Shown: positions 9,476 through 19,064 of the stretch, piece by piece
How positions within the stretch are numbered: position 1 is the first letter of the stretch
How the letters are laid out: every line of letters begins with the position of its first letter
Made by a program: the position numbers and the translations under genes
The notes under the pieces: generated by a model
Told to the model about the DNA's origin: nothing
Database searches by the model: none
Seen by the model: the letters and a program-made list of their open reading frames with translations, nothing else
From: an uncultured Chryseobacterium sp.
Lineage (GTDB): Bacteria > Bacteroidota > Bacteroidia > Palsa-965
NCBI GenBank assembly: GCA_966211705.1
Contig: CBIHOC010000028.1
Span: 13,767 to 77,766 of the forward strand
Length of the DNA stretch: 64,000 bases
Direction: 5' to 3'

Positions 9476-10036
9476 TCAGAGTACCCGGCAGATTTTGACG
9501 AAGCGTTTCGGGTAAGCGGAATTGTAATAATCGGTAATGACCACGCCGGGGTGTTTTTTCGAAGAAGAAGAGTGAATGAACTTCACGGGCTGCCCGGGAT
9601 CGGAAATGATGATGCCGACATGGCCGACGCTTTTGTCGTTCGCGTGCGTGCCGCGGAAGAGGATGATGTCGCCTTTGCGGCATTCGCCGAGTGAGACTTC
9701 TTTCCCGAGGTTCACATAATCTTTCGAGGAGCGGGGAATGCTGTAGCCGTAATGTTTGAACACGAACCACGTGAAGCCGGAGCAGTCGAATCCGCTGGCG
9801 GGAGAGCAGCAGCCGTATTTGTAAGGCGTGCCGAGGAACGTATGCGCGTATTGCACGACGCTGTCGCCGATTGGATTGACAAGGGCGATCGTGTCGGGGA
9901 GCATCGCCGTTTCAGCAGGGATTTCCGGGGCCGCGTGAACAGCCGGCAAAACCGTGCGCGGGACAATGTGCCGGGCGAAAGCGTGGTAAGCGCCGGTGAG
10001 CACGAGCAAAAGAGAGATGGCGATCAGTCGTTTCAT
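9476..10036 (-). CDS. NlpC/P60 (C40) family peptidase
   Basis: GTPYKYGCCSPASGFDCSGFTWFVF...HVGII carries the Cys-His catalytic core and a signal peptide. Its ATG overlaps the upstream gene's stop as ATGA. Confidence 0.85.
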   Translation of the reverse strand: MKRLIAISLLLVLTGAYHAFARHIVPRTVLPAVHAAPEIPAETAMLPDTIALVNPIGDSVVQYAHTFLGTPYKYGCCSPASGFDCSGFTWFVFKHYGYSIPRSSKDYVNLGKEVSLGECRKGDIILFRGTHANDKSVGHVGIIISDPGQPVKFIHSSSSKKHPGVVITDYYNSAYPKRFVKICRVL

Positions 10037-11016
10037 CGTTCTTCAAAAAATTCAAATGCGCTGACAAGGTCAAGATAAACACCGTCGAAACCCGCATCCA
10101 CAACGCGGTCCAGGTAGGAATCCCCGTTTCCGCAGATGACACCCTTCCAGGCCGGGTCCCAGTAGTTAACGTAAAAATTGCCCGTCCAGTACGGATCCTC
10201 GGTGATCACGAACGAAGGCCGTGAGCTGTTCCACGACGGTTTCCAGTACCAGCGGTAGCTTTCCGCCTGCCCGATGCTCATGTAGCAGATCAGCAGGCGC
10301 GGGCCGCCATCCGGCTTCATGCGTATGCGGTCGAGGTCGGCGGAGGTGAACTGCGTGTTTTCGTCGTAAAAGAGGTCCATGATCACCGCATCGTAGCGGG
10401 TGGCGGCTACGGCGTCGAGGAATTCCTCTTTACCGGCGTACGCGGAAGGTGAAATGAGGTAAAGAAAATTTTTCGCCCGGGCCAGCGTGGCAATGGTGTC
10501 GCGGGTTTCGCTGTAAGGAGCGCCGGGATAAACGGGGATATTATCCAGCTCGCGGTGATCGGCGGCGAAGGAAATGAAACCTTCCGCGGCGTTCCGGGCA
10601 TACGAATCGTCGATTTTCGAAGGCGTGGAGCAATAATCGGTGGTCAATACGGCCAGGCCGTGCGCGCGGGCGAAGCGTGTCAGCCCCAGCAGCTCCGAAT
10701 GTTCGGCGTCCGGCGTGGAAACGTCGTCCGCATTGTCGTAGCCGTAAAAAAGCTCTTCCTGCCCCACCCCGTCGATGGCCGCAAGGTATTGAGCCTGCTC
10801 CATGCCCGACGGCGTCCCGTCGTCCGTCAGCAGCTGCAGCCCGTTCTGGGGAATAACGATGAAACCCGGCTTCACGGCCCGTCCCCGCTCACTGATCTCC
10901 TGCACGAACGCCCGCATCTGTGCCCGGTAGTCGGGATGCTCTTCTTCTTTCGTGCACGAAATGCATAGGGCTGAAAATGACGCGAAAAGAAAAAGAATCG
11001 GGGATAATGCTTTCAT
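10033..11016 (-). CDS. glycoside hydrolase family 114-like (endo-alpha-1,4-polygalactosaminidase-like) lipoprotein
   Basis: Lipoprotein signal (LCISC). ICYMSIGQAESYRWYW...NYWDPAWK...GFDGVYLDLV resemble the GH114 TIM-barrel motifs. Confidence 0.55.
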   Translation of the reverse strand: MKALSPILFLFASFSALCISCTKEEEHPDYRAQMRAFVQEISERGRAVKPGFIVIPQNGLQLLTDDGTPSGMEQAQYLAAIDGVGQEELFYGYDNADDVSTPDAEHSELLGLTRFARAHGLAVLTTDYCSTPSKIDDSYARNAAEGFISFAADHRELDNIPVYPGAPYSETRDTIATLARAKNFLYLISPSAYAGKEEFLDAVAATRYDAVIMDLFYDENTQFTSADLDRIRMKPDGGPRLLICYMSIGQAESYRWYWKPSWNSSRPSFVITEDPYWTGNFYVNYWDPAWKGVICGNGDSYLDRVVDAGFDGVYLDLVSAFEFFEER

Positions 11017-11118
11017 CTTTCCAAATTTACAGAAAAGTATTACTTTTGTCCTCCCTTAAAAGCCCGGCTTCAAGGGCATTTGTGTTCTTTTAACAGCGAG
11101 TTAGTTCATTTATCCCCT

Positions 11119-11162
11119 GCCCAGGTGGCGATCCCGATAATTATCGGGATGGCAGACGCACC
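11119..11162 (+). pseudogene. tRNA-Leu 5' fragment (acceptor/D-arm copy) interrupted by an 18-bp perfect palindrome
   Basis: GCCCAGGTGGCGA-[TCCCGATAATTATCGGGA]-TGGCAGACGCACC duplicates the first about 26 nt of the downstream tRNA (GCCCAGGTGGCGAAATTGGTAGACGCACC). The flank TCCCCTGCCCAGGTGGCGA occurs twice. Confidence 0.45.
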
Positions 11163-11182
11163 GAAAGCAAGGAGAATCCCCT

Positions 11183-11263
11183 GCCCAGGTGGCGAAATTG
11201 GTAGACGCACCATCTTGAGGGGGTGGCGCCTCTGGCGTGCTGGTTCGAATCCAGTCCTGGGCA
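11183..11263 (+). tRNA. tRNA-Leu (anticodon GAG), long variable arm
   Basis: Acceptor stem GCCCAGG/CCTGGGC, anticodon stem CCATC/GGTGG, loop TTGAGGG, T-arm GGTTCGAATCC. No encoded CCA. Confidence 0.85.
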
Positions 11264-11317
11264 CTTCACTTACCCCTTACCCCGGAATAAATTCCGGGGT
11301 AAGGAACTTCTCGTTAA

Positions 11318-11404
11318 GCCCAGGTGGCGAAATTGGTAAACGTTGCGGTCTCAGAAGCCGTTGTCTTAATCGACTTGAGAGTTCGAGTCTCTCCCTGGGC
11401 ACCA
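11318..11404 (+). tRNA. tRNA-Leu (anticodon CAG), long variable arm, CCA encoded
   Basis: Acceptor stem GCCCAGG/CCTGGGC, anticodon stem GCGGT/GCCGT, loop CTCAGAA, T-arm AGTTCGAGTCT, 3' ACCA. Confidence 0.85.
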
Positions 11405-11440
11405 GGAAATCCCGTTCCGAGCAGTCGAGACGGGATTTTT
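11405..11440 (+). terminator. rho-independent terminator after the tRNA pair
   Basis: AAATCCCGTTCCGAGCAGTCGAGACGGGATTTTTCATTT. Confidence 0.6.
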
Positions 11441-11504
11441 CATTTACAATTTACGAGGTACGATTGGGGATCGCGTACTTTTACCCCGGTTCAACCCTAC
11501 TTTT

Positions 11505-11578
11505 GCAAATCGTAAATCATACCTCGTAAATCATACCTCGTAAATCGTACCTCGTAAATTGTAAATCGTAATTCGTAA
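11505..11578. repeat. degenerate tandem array of about 14-nt unit TCGTAAATCATACC directly upstream of smpB
   Basis: tcgtaaatcatacc tcgtaaatcatacc tcgtaaatcgtacc tcgtaaattgtaaa tcgtaattcgtaaattcc. A related copy lies at 21470-21510 upstream of hbd. Confidence 0.85.
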
Positions 11579-11583
11579 ATTCC

Positions 11584-12036
11584 TTGTCTCTTCCGTCCAC
11601 CATCGACATCCGCAACCGCAAAGCATCTTTCGAGTATTCGTTCCTCGACAAGTACGTGGCGGGGCTTTCGCTGACGGGCACGGAGATCAAGTCGATACGG
11701 ATGGGGAAAGCGAATATTACGGACGGGTTCTGCGTGTTCGTGAACGGGGAGCTGATCGCGCGCAACATCCAGGTCAACGAATACGAGAAGGGCACGCATT
11801 ACAACCACGAGCCGAAGCGCGACCGGAAGCTGCTGCTGAAGAAAACGGAATTAAAGAAGCTTCAGAATGCGCTGAAAGACCAGGGACTGACGATCATCCC
11901 GCTCAAATTATTCATCAGCGAAAAAGGCTGGGCAAAGCTGGAGATCGCGCTGGCAAAGGGAAAGAAGCTGTACGACAAGCGCGAGGATATCAAGAAGAAG
12001 GATATCCAGCGGGAGACGGCAAGGAAGTTTAAATGA
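11584..12036 (+). CDS. smpB: SsrA-binding protein
   Basis: IDIRNRKASFEYSF...EIKSIRMGKANITDGF...KLEIALAKGKKLYDKRE aligns with SmpB. TTG start inferred. Confidence 0.85.
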   Translation: MSLPSTIDIRNRKASFEYSFLDKYVAGLSLTGTEIKSIRMGKANITDGFCVFVNGELIARNIQVNEYEKGTHYNHEPKRDRKLLLKKTELKKLQNALKDQGLTIIPLKLFISEKGWAKLEIALAKGKKLYDKREDIKKKDIQRETARKFK

Positions 12037-12073
12037 TGAAATGCTGTACCGTTGCTTATGGTTGCTATAAAAA

Positions 12074-12106
12074 GAGGCTGTCCCGCAATTGAGACAGCCT
12101 ATTTTC
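12074..12106. terminator. bidirectional hairpin terminator between smpB and the SBBP gene
   Basis: AGGCTGTCCCGCAATTGAGACAGCCT followed by ATTTTCC. Confidence 0.55.
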
Positions 12107-12120
12107 CATTTTAGCTGATT

Positions 12121-15069
12121 TTATTCAACAACCAGCTTCCCGGTGGCCGGTGTTTCCCGGTCGAAAAACAGGATGTAGGTGTAAAGTCCCGGGGCGAGGC
12201 CTTCTTTGCGAAGGAGTAGCTGGCCACCGAGCGTGCCGGACTGGCGGATGGCTTCGCGGCCCGATACGTCGTACAGGGCAAGTGTGTAGTTGCCTTCATA
12301 GTCGGCAGGAATGTCGAACACGGTGTAATCCGAGAACGGGTTGGGATAAACCGTAACGTTTTCAGCAGGCGGCGCTTCGGTTTCCTCGGCGGCGAGGCGG
12401 GCGAACGTGCCGTCGTCGAACGCGCATTTCTCGATGAAATAGCTGCCGTAATAATTCGTTCCGTCGATCACCGTCGAAGTGACGAAGTTCCCGGCTGCAT
12501 AAGCGTGACCCAGGGCGTCTATACCGAGACCTGTGGCTATGTCGGAGTTCGCCCCGCCGATCTGTTTAACCCATTGGTAAGTTCCGGCATTATCGAACTT
12601 TTCGACGAACACGTCGTTGTTTCCTGCTGAGGTCAACCCTACTACGGTCGTGCCATCACCGAACGTACCCGATCCGTTGAAATAGCCGGTAATGTATACC
12701 CCCGTCGCCGACGCATCCACCCGTTTGCCCAGTGCATCCGACGTGTTTTTCACTTCCCGCATCCAAGTCATTGTCATCGAAGCGGGATTGATCTTCACAA
12801 GCAAGCCGTCCCAGCTCCCCGACGAAGTGATAGAAGTGCCGCCGAACGAGCCTGTCCCCGGGCCTGAATAAGCCCCCACCGCATAAATGTTCCCTCCAGC
12901 GGCAACCAGGTCGAACATGTAATCGGCCCCGGTGGCGCCGCCTGCCATTACCGCCTGGCAGACTCCAGACGAGTTGTATTTTGCCACAAACATATCGTTG
13001 CCGCCGATGGCAAACACTGTAATTGTTGAAAAGGTGGCCCCTGAGTTGAACGTTCCCGACAGGAAAATATCGCTTCCCACGAGCGCGATGCCGAGCCCTT
13101 CGTCCTGGCCAGACCCGTAACAGGCTGTTGAGGCCATCAGGATGTTCCCGGCGTTGTCGAACTTGGCAATAAAGACATCGCCGTAAGTCACGGAAAGGTT
13201 GAAGAGCGTGATGGCCCCTGCGCCGGTCCCGAACGTGACATTGCCGGCATATTCACCCGTCATGTAAACGTTCCCGGAAGCGTCCGTGGTTATGTCGTTG
13301 ATGTAAACGTGACCGTTGAGCGCATTGGCCGCGCGGATCGCCCATTGCAGCACACCGGACGAATTGTATTTGACAAGGAAGCCTGCCTGGTTCGCCGTGC
13401 CTGCGGCAAGCGCAGTGGCGCCGAACGTTGCCGTTCCGAAGTACTGTCCTGCCCCGTATACGTTACCGGAAGCGTCGCACGTAACGGCTTTGGCTTTTAC
13501 GTCGCTGTTCAGACCGGGCGATCCGTAATTGATCCACTGCGGGGATCCAGAGGCATTGATTTTTTTAATGAATGCACTATAGTTGAATGCATTTTCACCG
13601 CAGATGTATACGTTCCCGGCCGCATCTACGTCGCTGTTGTTGATCATATCGTACGTGCCTTCCACGACAGGCCAGTCCGCGGGTTTCAGTTTCGCTGCAA
13701 AACCGTGCTGGGCTCCGCCCGTGCTGATTGTCGTGGGGCCGAAAACGAGGCCGTACTGGAAGCTCCCGGCAATGAAAACGTGGCCGATCGAAGAAACGGT
13801 AATGTCATCGGGATAACCAACGGCATAGGAGGGTGTACCGGACGGCGAAACGGCTTTGTTGAAAACGCCCGCATTTGTCAGCCGCGCGACAAAGGGATCC
13901 TGGGACGCGTCCTGCGTGAGGGCGATGGCGCCGAAATTCGCGATGGAGCTTGAAAAGTATCCGGTGATCCAAAGGTTGTCGGTGATATCGAGCGCAAGGC
14001 CCGTTACATTGTCGTTCCACGTGCCGCCTGCTTTCGTGGCCCACTGCTCGGTACCGGAAGAATTGTACTTCACGACTACGATGTCGGAGCCGCCCATGCC
14101 GGTCACGCTCAGCAAGCCGTAGGTGGATGTCCCGGAAGCATATTCCCCGGCCACGTAAAGGTTACCGGAAGCATCCGCGCGGAGATCACACCCCTGGTCG
14201 GTCGAGGTTCCCCCGCCCTGCTTCACCCATTGCTCGGTGCCTGAGGAATTGTATTTCATGGCAAACTGGTCGTTGCTGGTCGCAGCCAGCACGAAGCCTC
14301 CGAAGGTGGCGGTGCTGTAGAACATCCCGGTCACGTAAACGTTATTGGCCGCATCGGCCGTAATGGCCCTGCTGTACACGGAATTGGTTGTGGAGCTGGC
14401 TTGCCTGACCCAGTTGTTGGCTCCGGTATTACCCGAATAAGCAGCGGTGAACATGGAGCTGCTGACCGGGGAAATGATGGTGTTGGTGCCAAAAGTGCCC
14501 GTCCCGGTAAACATCCCCGTAATGTAGACGGAGCTCCCCTTGCAACCGTTGCATTTGGCCCAGGCGATATCGTAACATTCGTCGAAACTGGTTCCGCCGG
14601 CCTGAACGGCCCACACGAGCGCGCCGGAGGAGTTAAATTTTGCGATGAAAATATCGGCATTACCGGCACTGGTGAGCACTGTTGTTCCCCCGAAGGTCGC
14701 TGTGCCGTAAAACTGGCCGGTTACGTAAATATCGCTCCCGAGCGGATCGCAGATGACGGCTGTGCCCTGGTCGAAGCCGGTGCCGGCAATCACGGATGCG
14801 GTCCATACGTAATTACCACTCTCGTCCATCTTCGAGAGCGCCACATCGTAAGAGCCCCCGGTGGACACTAGAGTCGTGCTGCCGAAGGTACCGGTGCCCA
14901 CAAAGTTGCTGACGAGGTAATTATTGCGGTAATTATCCGTGGCGATGCCTTTTGTCTCTACGAAACTAGTAGCCGGAATATCCTTCGCCCAGCTCCAGGA
15001 TTGCGCGCCGGCTGAAAAGCAGGAAAGCGTGGCCGCCACAACAACCAAATGTTTAAATTTCTTTTTCAT
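12121..15069 (-). CDS. SBBP (beta-propeller) repeat protein with T9SS C-terminal sorting domain
   Basis: Signal peptide. About 20 repeats of the (A/V)GG(T/S)xxDxG.....D..GNxYxxG..... type. C-terminus VTVYPNPFSDYTVFDIP...LALYDVSGR...LAPGLYTYIL is a type A T9SS CTD. Confidence 0.8.
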   Translation of the reverse strand: MKKKFKHLVVVAATLSCFSAGAQSWSWAKDIPATSFVETKGIATDNYRNNYLVSNFVGTGTFGSTTLVSTGGSYDVALSKMDESGNYVWTASVIAGTGFDQGTAVICDPLGSDIYVTGQFYGTATFGGTTVLTSAGNADIFIAKFNSSGALVWAVQAGGTSFDECYDIAWAKCNGCKGSSVYITGMFTGTGTFGTNTIISPVSSSMFTAAYSGNTGANNWVRQASSTTNSVYSRAITADAANNVYVTGMFYSTATFGGFVLAATSNDQFAMKYNSSGTEQWVKQGGGTSTDQGCDLRADASGNLYVAGEYASGTSTYGLLSVTGMGGSDIVVVKYNSSGTEQWATKAGGTWNDNVTGLALDITDNLWITGYFSSSIANFGAIALTQDASQDPFVARLTNAGVFNKAVSPSGTPSYAVGYPDDITVSSIGHVFIAGSFQYGLVFGPTTISTGGAQHGFAAKLKPADWPVVEGTYDMINNSDVDAAGNVYICGENAFNYSAFIKKINASGSPQWINYGSPGLNSDVKAKAVTCDASGNVYGAGQYFGTATFGATALAAGTANQAGFLVKYNSSGVLQWAIRAANALNGHVYINDITTDASGNVYMTGEYAGNVTFGTGAGAITLFNLSVTYGDVFIAKFDNAGNILMASTACYGSGQDEGLGIALVGSDIFLSGTFNSGATFSTITVFAIGGNDMFVAKYNSSGVCQAVMAGGATGADYMFDLVAAGGNIYAVGAYSGPGTGSFGGTSITSSGSWDGLLVKINPASMTMTWMREVKNTSDALGKRVDASATGVYITGYFNGSGTFGDGTTVVGLTSAGNNDVFVEKFDNAGTYQWVKQIGGANSDIATGLGIDALGHAYAAGNFVTSTVIDGTNYYGSYFIEKCAFDDGTFARLAAEETEAPPAENVTVYPNPFSDYTVFDIPADYEGNYTLALYDVSGREAIRQSGTLGGQLLLRKEGLAPGLYTYILFFDRETPATGKLVVE

Positions 15070-15247
15070 GGGATAACGGGTTTATGTTAGACCATGAAAA
15101 TACACGCAGCAATACCCCGTTATTGAAGGCTTTTCGTGAATCGCGCTTTTAATTGCGTAATTCCCTTAACCGGTAGTGTAAATTACATCGCTCCTGTTTG
15201 GTGGCCAGCTTGCCCGAAAGAAGGGGCATTGGGAATGCGCACAAAAA

Positions 15248-15282
15248 AAGAAGGCCGCTCAGAGAGCAGCCTTCTTTTATGA
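15248..15282 (-). terminator. hairpin plus T-run after the OM beta-barrel gene
   Basis: Minus strand reads AAGAAGGCTGCTCTCTGAGCGGCCTTCTTTTTTTGT. Confidence 0.55.
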
Positions 15283-15297
15283 TGTTCCGGACTTCGC

Positions 15298-16161
15298 TTA
15301 GAAGTGGAAGTGCACGAGCACTGAACCGGAGTTGCCGATGAAACCGAAGTTGTTGTTGTCGGTGTCGAGGGCGAAAGAAGAAGACTTGCCGGTGTCGGTC
15401 GTCGTCGTCGTCGTGCCGGTTCCGTTCCAGGACTCGGTGGTCGTAGAACCTGCGCCGGTCGACATGAGACCGAAGCCCCAGCCGTACTCAACGCCGAGGG
15501 AAATTTTCGGCAGAACGAAATACTCAGCGCCGATGAAGCCGCGGAGGCCGATGCCCATGGTAGAGCCGGCTTTTGATTCCGTTACACGTGAGCCAACGTT
15601 TGCCGTGGTGCCCGTGAAGAAGTCAACCGTGGTGGTCGGGGTCGTGTTCGTGGTAGAGAACGCGTTGCCGTAAGAGAACGAGCTCTTGGAACCGCCGAAC
15701 ATGAACATGAACTGTCCACCATAGTAACCCTGGAGGCGGGTCTTGCCGCGACGCATTTCAACACCTGCGCCGATGCCGATGTTGTTGTACGACATCTTCA
15801 TTTCGTCTTCCGTCATCGCCGGGGGCGTGGAAGTAGAAGCATCGTCAACGAGCGGGTTGGTCATCTTCGTAGAGCCGAAGCCGATGCGGAGCATGCCGCG
15901 GTAAGCCATCGTCTCAGAAGCAAACATTTTGCCCGTGATCATCTGGTCGGAGTTCGTCCACTGCCCGGTGAAGGGAGAGTTGCCCGACGTACCGTTAAAC
16001 ATGTTGCCGAAGTAGCCAACAAAGGGAACAGCATCAAAGCCGATAGCCCAGTCGCCTGCTTCCGGAAGGTAGTTTTCACCTTTTTTGGACGTGAGATCCT
16101 GTGCAAAGGCCGTCGTTGCACCGAAGGCCAGGGCCGCTACGAGGAGCGTCGATTTTTTCAT
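15298..16161 (-). CDS. outer-membrane beta-barrel (porin-like) protein
   Basis: Start MKKSTLLVAALAFGATTAFAQ. Alternating beta-strand pattern, C-terminal ...VLVHFHF. Thr-rich loop TGTTTTTTDTG. Confidence 0.6.
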   Translation of the reverse strand: MKKSTLLVAALAFGATTAFAQDLTSKKGENYLPEAGDWAIGFDAVPFVGYFGNMFNGTSGNSPFTGQWTNSDQMITGKMFASETMAYRGMLRIGFGSTKMTNPLVDDASTSTPPAMTEDEMKMSYNNIGIGAGVEMRRGKTRLQGYYGGQFMFMFGGSKSSFSYGNAFSTTNTTPTTTVDFFTGTTANVGSRVTESKAGSTMGIGLRGFIGAEYFVLPKISLGVEYGWGFGLMSTGAGSTTTESWNGTGTTTTTTDTGKSSSFALDTDNNNFGFIGNSGSVLVHFHF

Positions 16162-16167
16162 AATGTG

Positions 16168-16201
16168 TGGTTTTGGTTTTACTTGGTTTGGTTTGGTTTT
16201 G
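16168..16201. repeat. (TGGTTT)n run immediately upstream of the OM protein start (CAAACCA on the coding strand)
   Basis: tggttttggttttacttggtttggtttggttttg. Confidence 0.8.
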
Positions 16202-16284
16202 AGATTATAAGAACCGTTCAAAGGTATTGAATTCTTACTCATACGTTGGTTATGAACAACCGCCGACTTATGCACGCATTTTTG

Positions 16285-16941
16285 TTAATAACCATGTTTC
16301 CACTCTTTTTCACCGAGCATCGGAACAAACCGGAACTTCCCGAGCTCACGTGTTGTGATTTGGCCGTCAGCATCTTTTGAGATCAACGTCATTTCCTGTA
16401 CATCGCCGGCGCCTACCGGAATCATCATCAGTCCGCCGGGGCGCAACTGGGCTACCAGGGTTTCCGGGATGAAAGTCGCGCCACAGGTCACTAATATTTT
16501 ATCGAACGGTGCAAATGCCGGCAAACCTTTATACCCGTCCCCGTAAAAAAAGTTCGGCTGGTAGCCCATTGCAGGCAGCATTTCCCGCACTTTATCATAC
16601 AACAGCTTCTGCCGTTCGATGGTGTACACGCGCGCGCCGCACCCGAGCAGCACCGCCGTCTGGTACCCGGAACCGGTGCCGATCTCCAGCACTTTATCGC
16701 CCTTACGGATCTGCAGCTGCTGGGTCTGGAAAGCTACGGTGTAAGGCTGGGAAATCGTTTGCCCGGCGCCGATCGGGAACGCTTTGTCGGCATAGGCGAA
16801 TTCCACGAAGGCGTTGTCCATAAAAAAATGGCGCGGCACGGTGTCGATCGCTTTCAGCACTTTTTCGTCGGTGATCCCTTTTGCCTGCAGCTCTTCCACG
16901 AGCTTCCGGCGTAATCCTTTATGTCGATACGAATCTTGCAT
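16285..16941 (-). CDS. pcm: protein-L-isoaspartate O-methyltransferase
   Basis: GQTISQPYTVA...VLEIGTGSGYQTAVL SAM-MTase motifs. Start at MQDSYRHKG. Confidence 0.85.
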   Translation of the reverse strand: MQDSYRHKGLRRKLVEELQAKGITDEKVLKAIDTVPRHFFMDNAFVEFAYADKAFPIGAGQTISQPYTVAFQTQQLQIRKGDKVLEIGTGSGYQTAVLLGCGARVYTIERQKLLYDKVREMLPAMGYQPNFFYGDGYKGLPAFAPFDKILVTCGATFIPETLVAQLRPGGLMMIPVGAGDVQEMTLISKDADGQITTRELGKFRFVPMLGEKEWKHGY

Positions 16942-17138
16942 ACTGGTCGCTAAAATGTGCGGCTTCAGGGGCAGGAGGTTATACGCGACCGGGATCATGC
17001 GGCAAAAGTAGCTGCGCAACAAATACCGTTACGTGACCACCTTCACAGGTGCGCATGACCTTTATCACACTTCCTTAAAACAACAGAAGCCTGTTAATAT
17101 GTTGCGAAGCTAATGCAATGAAACACCTTCTCAGCATC

Positions 17139-17146
17139 TACTTTTG
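17139..17146 (+). promoter_or_regulatory. Bacteroidota -7 box TACTTTTG, 19 nt upstream of the Gfo/Idh/MocA start
   Basis: Matches the TAnnTTTG consensus. Supports the 17165 start over 17144. Confidence 0.4.
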
Positions 17147-17164
17147 CAAGAAATCAAACGGTCT

Positions 17165-18160
17165 ATGTTGAAAATAGGAGTGCTTGGCGCCGGTCACCTG
17201 GGAAAGATCCACATCCGCCTGATCAAAGAGATCCCCGCTTACGAGCTTGTGGGCTTTTTCGATCCTTCGCCCGCGGTACAGGAAGCCGTTGCCAAAGAGT
17301 ACGGCACCAGGGCATTCCCTTCGGCCGGGGCGCTCATTGCAGCCTGCGACGTGGTAGACATCGTGGCGCCGACCGTCGCACATTTCGCCAACGCAGAAAA
17401 AGCCATCCGCCAGTCGAAGCATGTTTTTATCGAAAAGCCGCTGACCAATACGATCGACGAGGCCAAGATCCTGATGCGGCTGGCTTCCGAGGCGAATGTC
17501 AAAGTGCAGGTGGGGCACGTCGAACGGTTCAATCCCGCGTTCCTGGCGGCAAAGGAGCTGCTGAGCAACCCCATGTTCATCGAAACCCACCGGCTTGCCC
17601 AGTTCAACCCGCGGGGGACGGACGTTTCGGTGGTGCTGGACCTGATGATCCACGACATCGACATCGTGCTGAGCCTGGTGAAGGCCAATATCCGCCGGAT
17701 CAGCGCGAGCGGCGTGGCCGTGGTGAGCGAAACGCCGGACATCGCCAACGCGCGCATCGAATTCGACAACGGGGCCGTGGCCAACCTCACCGCCAGCCGC
17801 ATTTCCCTGAAAAACATGCGGAAATCGCGCTTTTTCCGCCGCGACGCTTATATCTCGGTCGATTTCCTGGAAAAAGCCGTGAGCCATGTAAAGCTGAACA
17901 ACGTGGAAGGCGAGCCCGATCCGCTTGCATTAACGATTGAATTAGGAGAAGGTAAAGGACTGAAACAGATATGGTTCGAGAATTTAAATATTGAGCCTGT
18001 CAACGCCATAAAAATGGAGCTGGAAAGTTTTGCGGAGGCCATTACGGCCAATACGCGACCGATGGTTTCGATCGATGACGGGTATAAAGCTTTGGATGTT
18101 GCGCATAAAATAATTGACCAGCTCCGTCTTAACGCTAATTTTGCGGCCGGCAAACAATAA
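17165..18160 (+). CDS. Gfo/Idh/MocA family oxidoreductase
   Basis: MLKIGVLGAGHLGKIHIR Rossmann N-terminus. Confidence 0.85.
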   Translation: MLKIGVLGAGHLGKIHIRLIKEIPAYELVGFFDPSPAVQEAVAKEYGTRAFPSAGALIAACDVVDIVAPTVAHFANAEKAIRQSKHVFIEKPLTNTIDEAKILMRLASEANVKVQVGHVERFNPAFLAAKELLSNPMFIETHRLAQFNPRGTDVSVVLDLMIHDIDIVLSLVKANIRRISASGVAVVSETPDIANARIEFDNGAVANLTASRISLKNMRKSRFFRRDAYISVDFLEKAVSHVKLNNVEGEPDPLALTIELGEGKGLKQIWFENLNIEPVNAIKMELESFAEAITANTRPMVSIDDGYKALDVAHKIIDQLRLNANFAAGKQ

Positions 18161-18195
18161 AGCGTCCGACCACCGCGTTATACAGGTGGCCCTGC

Positions 18196-19056
18196 ATGAA
18201 ACATATTTTCGCTTCTTCAATCCGGAATTACCTGGCCGGTGGAATCCTTTTCGGTTTCCTCGCCGGATGCTCGGTGCTCGACCCCGCCGAAGAGATCCCC
18301 TCCTACCTCCACATCGATGCGATGCAGCTCAGCGCCACGGGCAGCCAGGGCACCAGCATTTCGAATATAACGGACGCATGGGTGTTTATGGACGGCGAGC
18401 TGCTGGGCGCTTTCGAATTGCCCTGCACCCTCCCGATCCTCGCCGAAGGCACGCACAGCTTCATCGTCCGGGCCGGCGTGAAAATGAACGGCCTCACCTC
18501 CACCCGCGCCATCTATCCCTTCATGAAAGGCTGGGAAGGAAACATTACCCTTACACGGGCGGAAGTAACCTCGCTGAATACGCTCACGGTGAATTATTTC
18601 TCCGCGATCTCTTACGTGTGGATGGAGGATTTCGACGACGCGGGCTTCAGCATCGCCACGGAAACGGGCTCGGCAACCAGCATGGTGCGGACAAGCGTCA
18701 ACGGACTCGAAGGACAATACGGGCTGGTGCAGCTGAGCAGCGATACCTTTAACTATATCGGTTCGGGCCCTGCAAATGACCTTGCCCCGCCAACCAGCGA
18801 CACTTATATCGAATTCGATTACCGCTGCAACCAGCCGTTTACGGTGGGCGTGCTCAGCAACAGCACCGCGGGCCAGTACAGCCCGTGGGTCAGCGTAGAG
18901 CCCAGCGAGGAATGGAACAAGATCTACATCCGCCTCACCGATGTGCTCGGCAGCGTGAACCCTACCCCCAATTACAAGATCTATTTCGGTATGATCAAGG
19001 AGTCGGACGTCGCTCAACCCTATCTTAATATAGATAATATCAAATTATTGAAATAA
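18196..19056 (+). CDS. hypothetical lipoprotein
   Basis: LAGC lipobox; no recognisable catalytic motif. Adjacent to the sugar transferase. Confidence 0.55.
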   Translation: MKHIFASSIRNYLAGGILFGFLAGCSVLDPAEEIPSYLHIDAMQLSATGSQGTSISNITDAWVFMDGELLGAFELPCTLPILAEGTHSFIVRAGVKMNGLTSTRAIYPFMKGWEGNITLTRAEVTSLNTLTVNYFSAISYVWMEDFDDAGFSIATETGSATSMVRTSVNGLEGQYGLVQLSSDTFNYIGSGPANDLAPPTSDTYIEFDYRCNQPFTVGVLSNSTAGQYSPWVSVEPSEEWNKIYIRLTDVLGSVNPTPNYKIYFGMIKESDVAQPYLNIDNIKLLK

Positions 19057-19064
19057 AGATAGTT

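Noticed and set aside
11100-11420. Integrated element or att site at the tRNA-Leu pair
   Set aside because: The duplicated segment is a tRNA 5' portion rather than the usual 3' portion. No integrase or cargo genes are adjacent: a GH114-like gene lies upstream and smpB downstream. It is more likely a decayed tandem tRNA copy.
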